Of a DNA stretch of 64,000 bases, positions 62,101-64,000 are shown piece by piece. The notes under the pieces were generated by a model, which did no database searches, was not told the DNA's origin, and was given only the letters and a program-made list of their open reading frames with translations. The translations under genes and the position numbers were made by a program. The stretch is from the human T2T-CHM13v2.0 reference genome, Homo sapiens: assembly GCF_009914755.1 (NCBI RefSeq), contig NC_060931.1. One strand, 5' to 3'. Every line of letters begins with the position of its first letter. The stretch's first letter is position 1.

Positions 62101-62729
62101 ATTTAAGGGAAGCAGTGTCTCTTCTTCCTGCCCTTCCTGCACCCAGTAATTACCTCCCTATCAAGCCCCAAAGCATCTGAAATTCCAACATTCAACACAC
62201 TCTTTGCTCATTCCAGAAATACTGTTTTTAATTCAACATCCTCTGAGAAATGACATTGAGCTGTTATCATTGATAGGTTAGTGTGAATGGGATCATTAGA
62301 TTTCTCTCTTACTGATTGGCCCATTATTAACTTACCGGTTGTATGAAGCCAAGCTGAGTGAGGCACAAAGATCTGGGGAAGCCTGTTGGTTTCTTCCACT
62401 GGTGAAACATCTCTTGAGACCATCTTCTCCCCAACGGCACCCCCGTACCAGTTCTCTCATTCAGGGACTCCACCTCTCACCTATATAATGGCAATTTTTA
62501 CCATGTCCCGCTGCACCAGTTTCAGATCCCTCAAACTCATCCTCCACATTTTTCTAGGAATGATCTTTCTCATAGTCTTTAAAGACTTGCCATCACCCAT
62601 ACAAAAACATCCAAGCTCTTTAGCAAGACATTCACCCCAGCCTCCGTCCATAATGCATTTTTCTATCCCCTAAGATTTTGTTGTTGCTCTTCCCTTTCCC
62701 TTTCTCTTTCCTTCACCACCCATTTGTGT

Positions 62730-63350
62730 CCTAGAAAACTCCCACTCAACTTCCAGGCTCAATTTAAGCACTCAAGTTCTTGAAAATCCTTCTCTGATTC
62801 ACTCAGCAATATTTAAGTGCTCCTTTTTCCATGCTCTCAGATAACAGTGAGTAGATCTTTAGTGCAGCACTTACCTCTTTGAATTATTTTCTCATTAGAA
62901 TTTTGTCTCCCACTAAACCATGAGCTCATTCATTGAAAGTAAAAATTGTGGTCTGATTATTTTCCTGGAGAAGTTCATGATGCGGTTTATAGAGCACCAT
63001 GATGTGATAGAGCATCATTGTGTCATTCCTCTGCGTCTCATCCATCCACTCTCAGTCTCGCTTTCAACTCTCAAACCTTGCAGGCCTCCATTTAGTTCTA
63101 ATTCATCCTGCTCTCTCCAACCTCCAACCTCCCCATATGATCTTCTCTCCTATTTGCTATGCTCTTCTTCTTTTCTTACTGTTAACACTGTCTCTGAAAA
63201 CTCTGCTCATTTTCCACCTCTTAGCTAAATGTCGCCCTTTCTAGGAACTTTTCCCTCAACTTCCAGACCAAGAGAGGTCCCTCTGTTTCACTCTTCCAAG
63301 GCATCCTGTGCTTTGTTTTGTACTATTCTGTACTTATTACAATTTGGCTA
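62730..63350 (+). mobile_element. L2 fragments
   Basis: AAAACTCCCACTCAACTTCCAGGCTCAATTTAA..TTGTCTCCCACTAAACCATGAGCTC..CTCTTAGCTAAATGTC resemble the L2 3' region. Confidence 0.5.
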
Positions 63351-63852
63351 CTGTGACTCTCATACCATTACACTTGGGTTTAACAGATGTGCTATTACTT
63401 TAATTTTCTAAATAAAATTCAATCTGATTTCTGAGCTTCTCACTCACCAGTGTAGGAAAAAAAAATCAAAATCAGTCATGTTTTGGCAGGCCTTCAAGAG
63501 CACAGAATTCTGGAGGCTTCTGTAGTGCCTAGGACTTGCGGTAAGAGTTTCTAGTCTTCAGTCCACTGTGGTCAGAGGTCCCTGCTAAAGTACTGATTAT
63601 TCATTGTATGGTCTATTCAAAGACTGAAGGCTTTGGTGCTTCATGCCAAGCTTTAGGGCTCCATCAGGCTGAGTGTTGTGACTGACACCCAGGGTTCTCC
63701 CTCAAGTTGCACCCTGCAGCCACTTTCCCTTGAGGCCCCAAGACTTCCCAGTGCCATTGTGATTGCAACTTTTGCTTGTAGCCTCCAAGCACCAATCTCA
63801 CCCCTAATATTTGCAGAGTAAAATGGAAGCTTATATACCATATGGCAAAATA

Positions 63853-64000
63853 TTTTCTTCTTTTTCTTTTCTTCCCCTCCCTCCCTTCCTTCCTTCCCTT
63901 TTTCTTTCTGGCAGGGTCTGCATCACAGCTCACTGCAGCTTCCACCTCCTGGGTACAAGAGATCCTCCTGTCTCAGCCACTTCAGTAGCTGGGACTACAG
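63853..64000 (-). mobile_element. AluJ right arm with CT-rich degenerate tail, cut by window end
   Basis: CAGGGTCT..ACAGCTCACTGCAGCTTCCACCTCCTGGG..GATCCTCC..GTAGCTGGGACTACAG, preceded by (CCTT)n-like pyrimidine tract. Confidence 0.8.

Overview
Primate (human-like) non-coding, repeat-dense DNA. I find no intact protein-coding gene, RNA gene or CRISPR-type system; almost every ORF in the track is a repeat-derived or chance ORF. Main contents: (1) a Tigger2 DNA transposon split by a young L1PA insertion; (2) a near-full-length old L1 (L1PA15/16-like) carrying a complete processed pseudogene of PRELID3B (SLMO2) at the ORF1/ORF2 boundary; (3) a multi-layer L1 nest at 33-42 kb; (4) solo or partial LTRs (MER66, THE1/MST, MLT2A, MLT1C); (5) DNA transposon relics (Tigger3, MER94, MER5, Kanga1, MER20); (6) many Alus, MIRs and L2s. 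The structures not explained by ordinary repeats are a double-hairpin plus 88-bp tandem complex at 47844-48239, a locally templated inverted copy of a Kanga1 segment at 53466-53534, a candidate CTCF element at about 46680, a (CA)n microsatellite inside one pseudogene target-site duplication (TSD), and a complete + strand bias of the younger L1s. I cannot support a new biological system from the sequence alone. Repeat subfamily names come from recalled consensus features and need RepeatMasker/Dfam confirmation.
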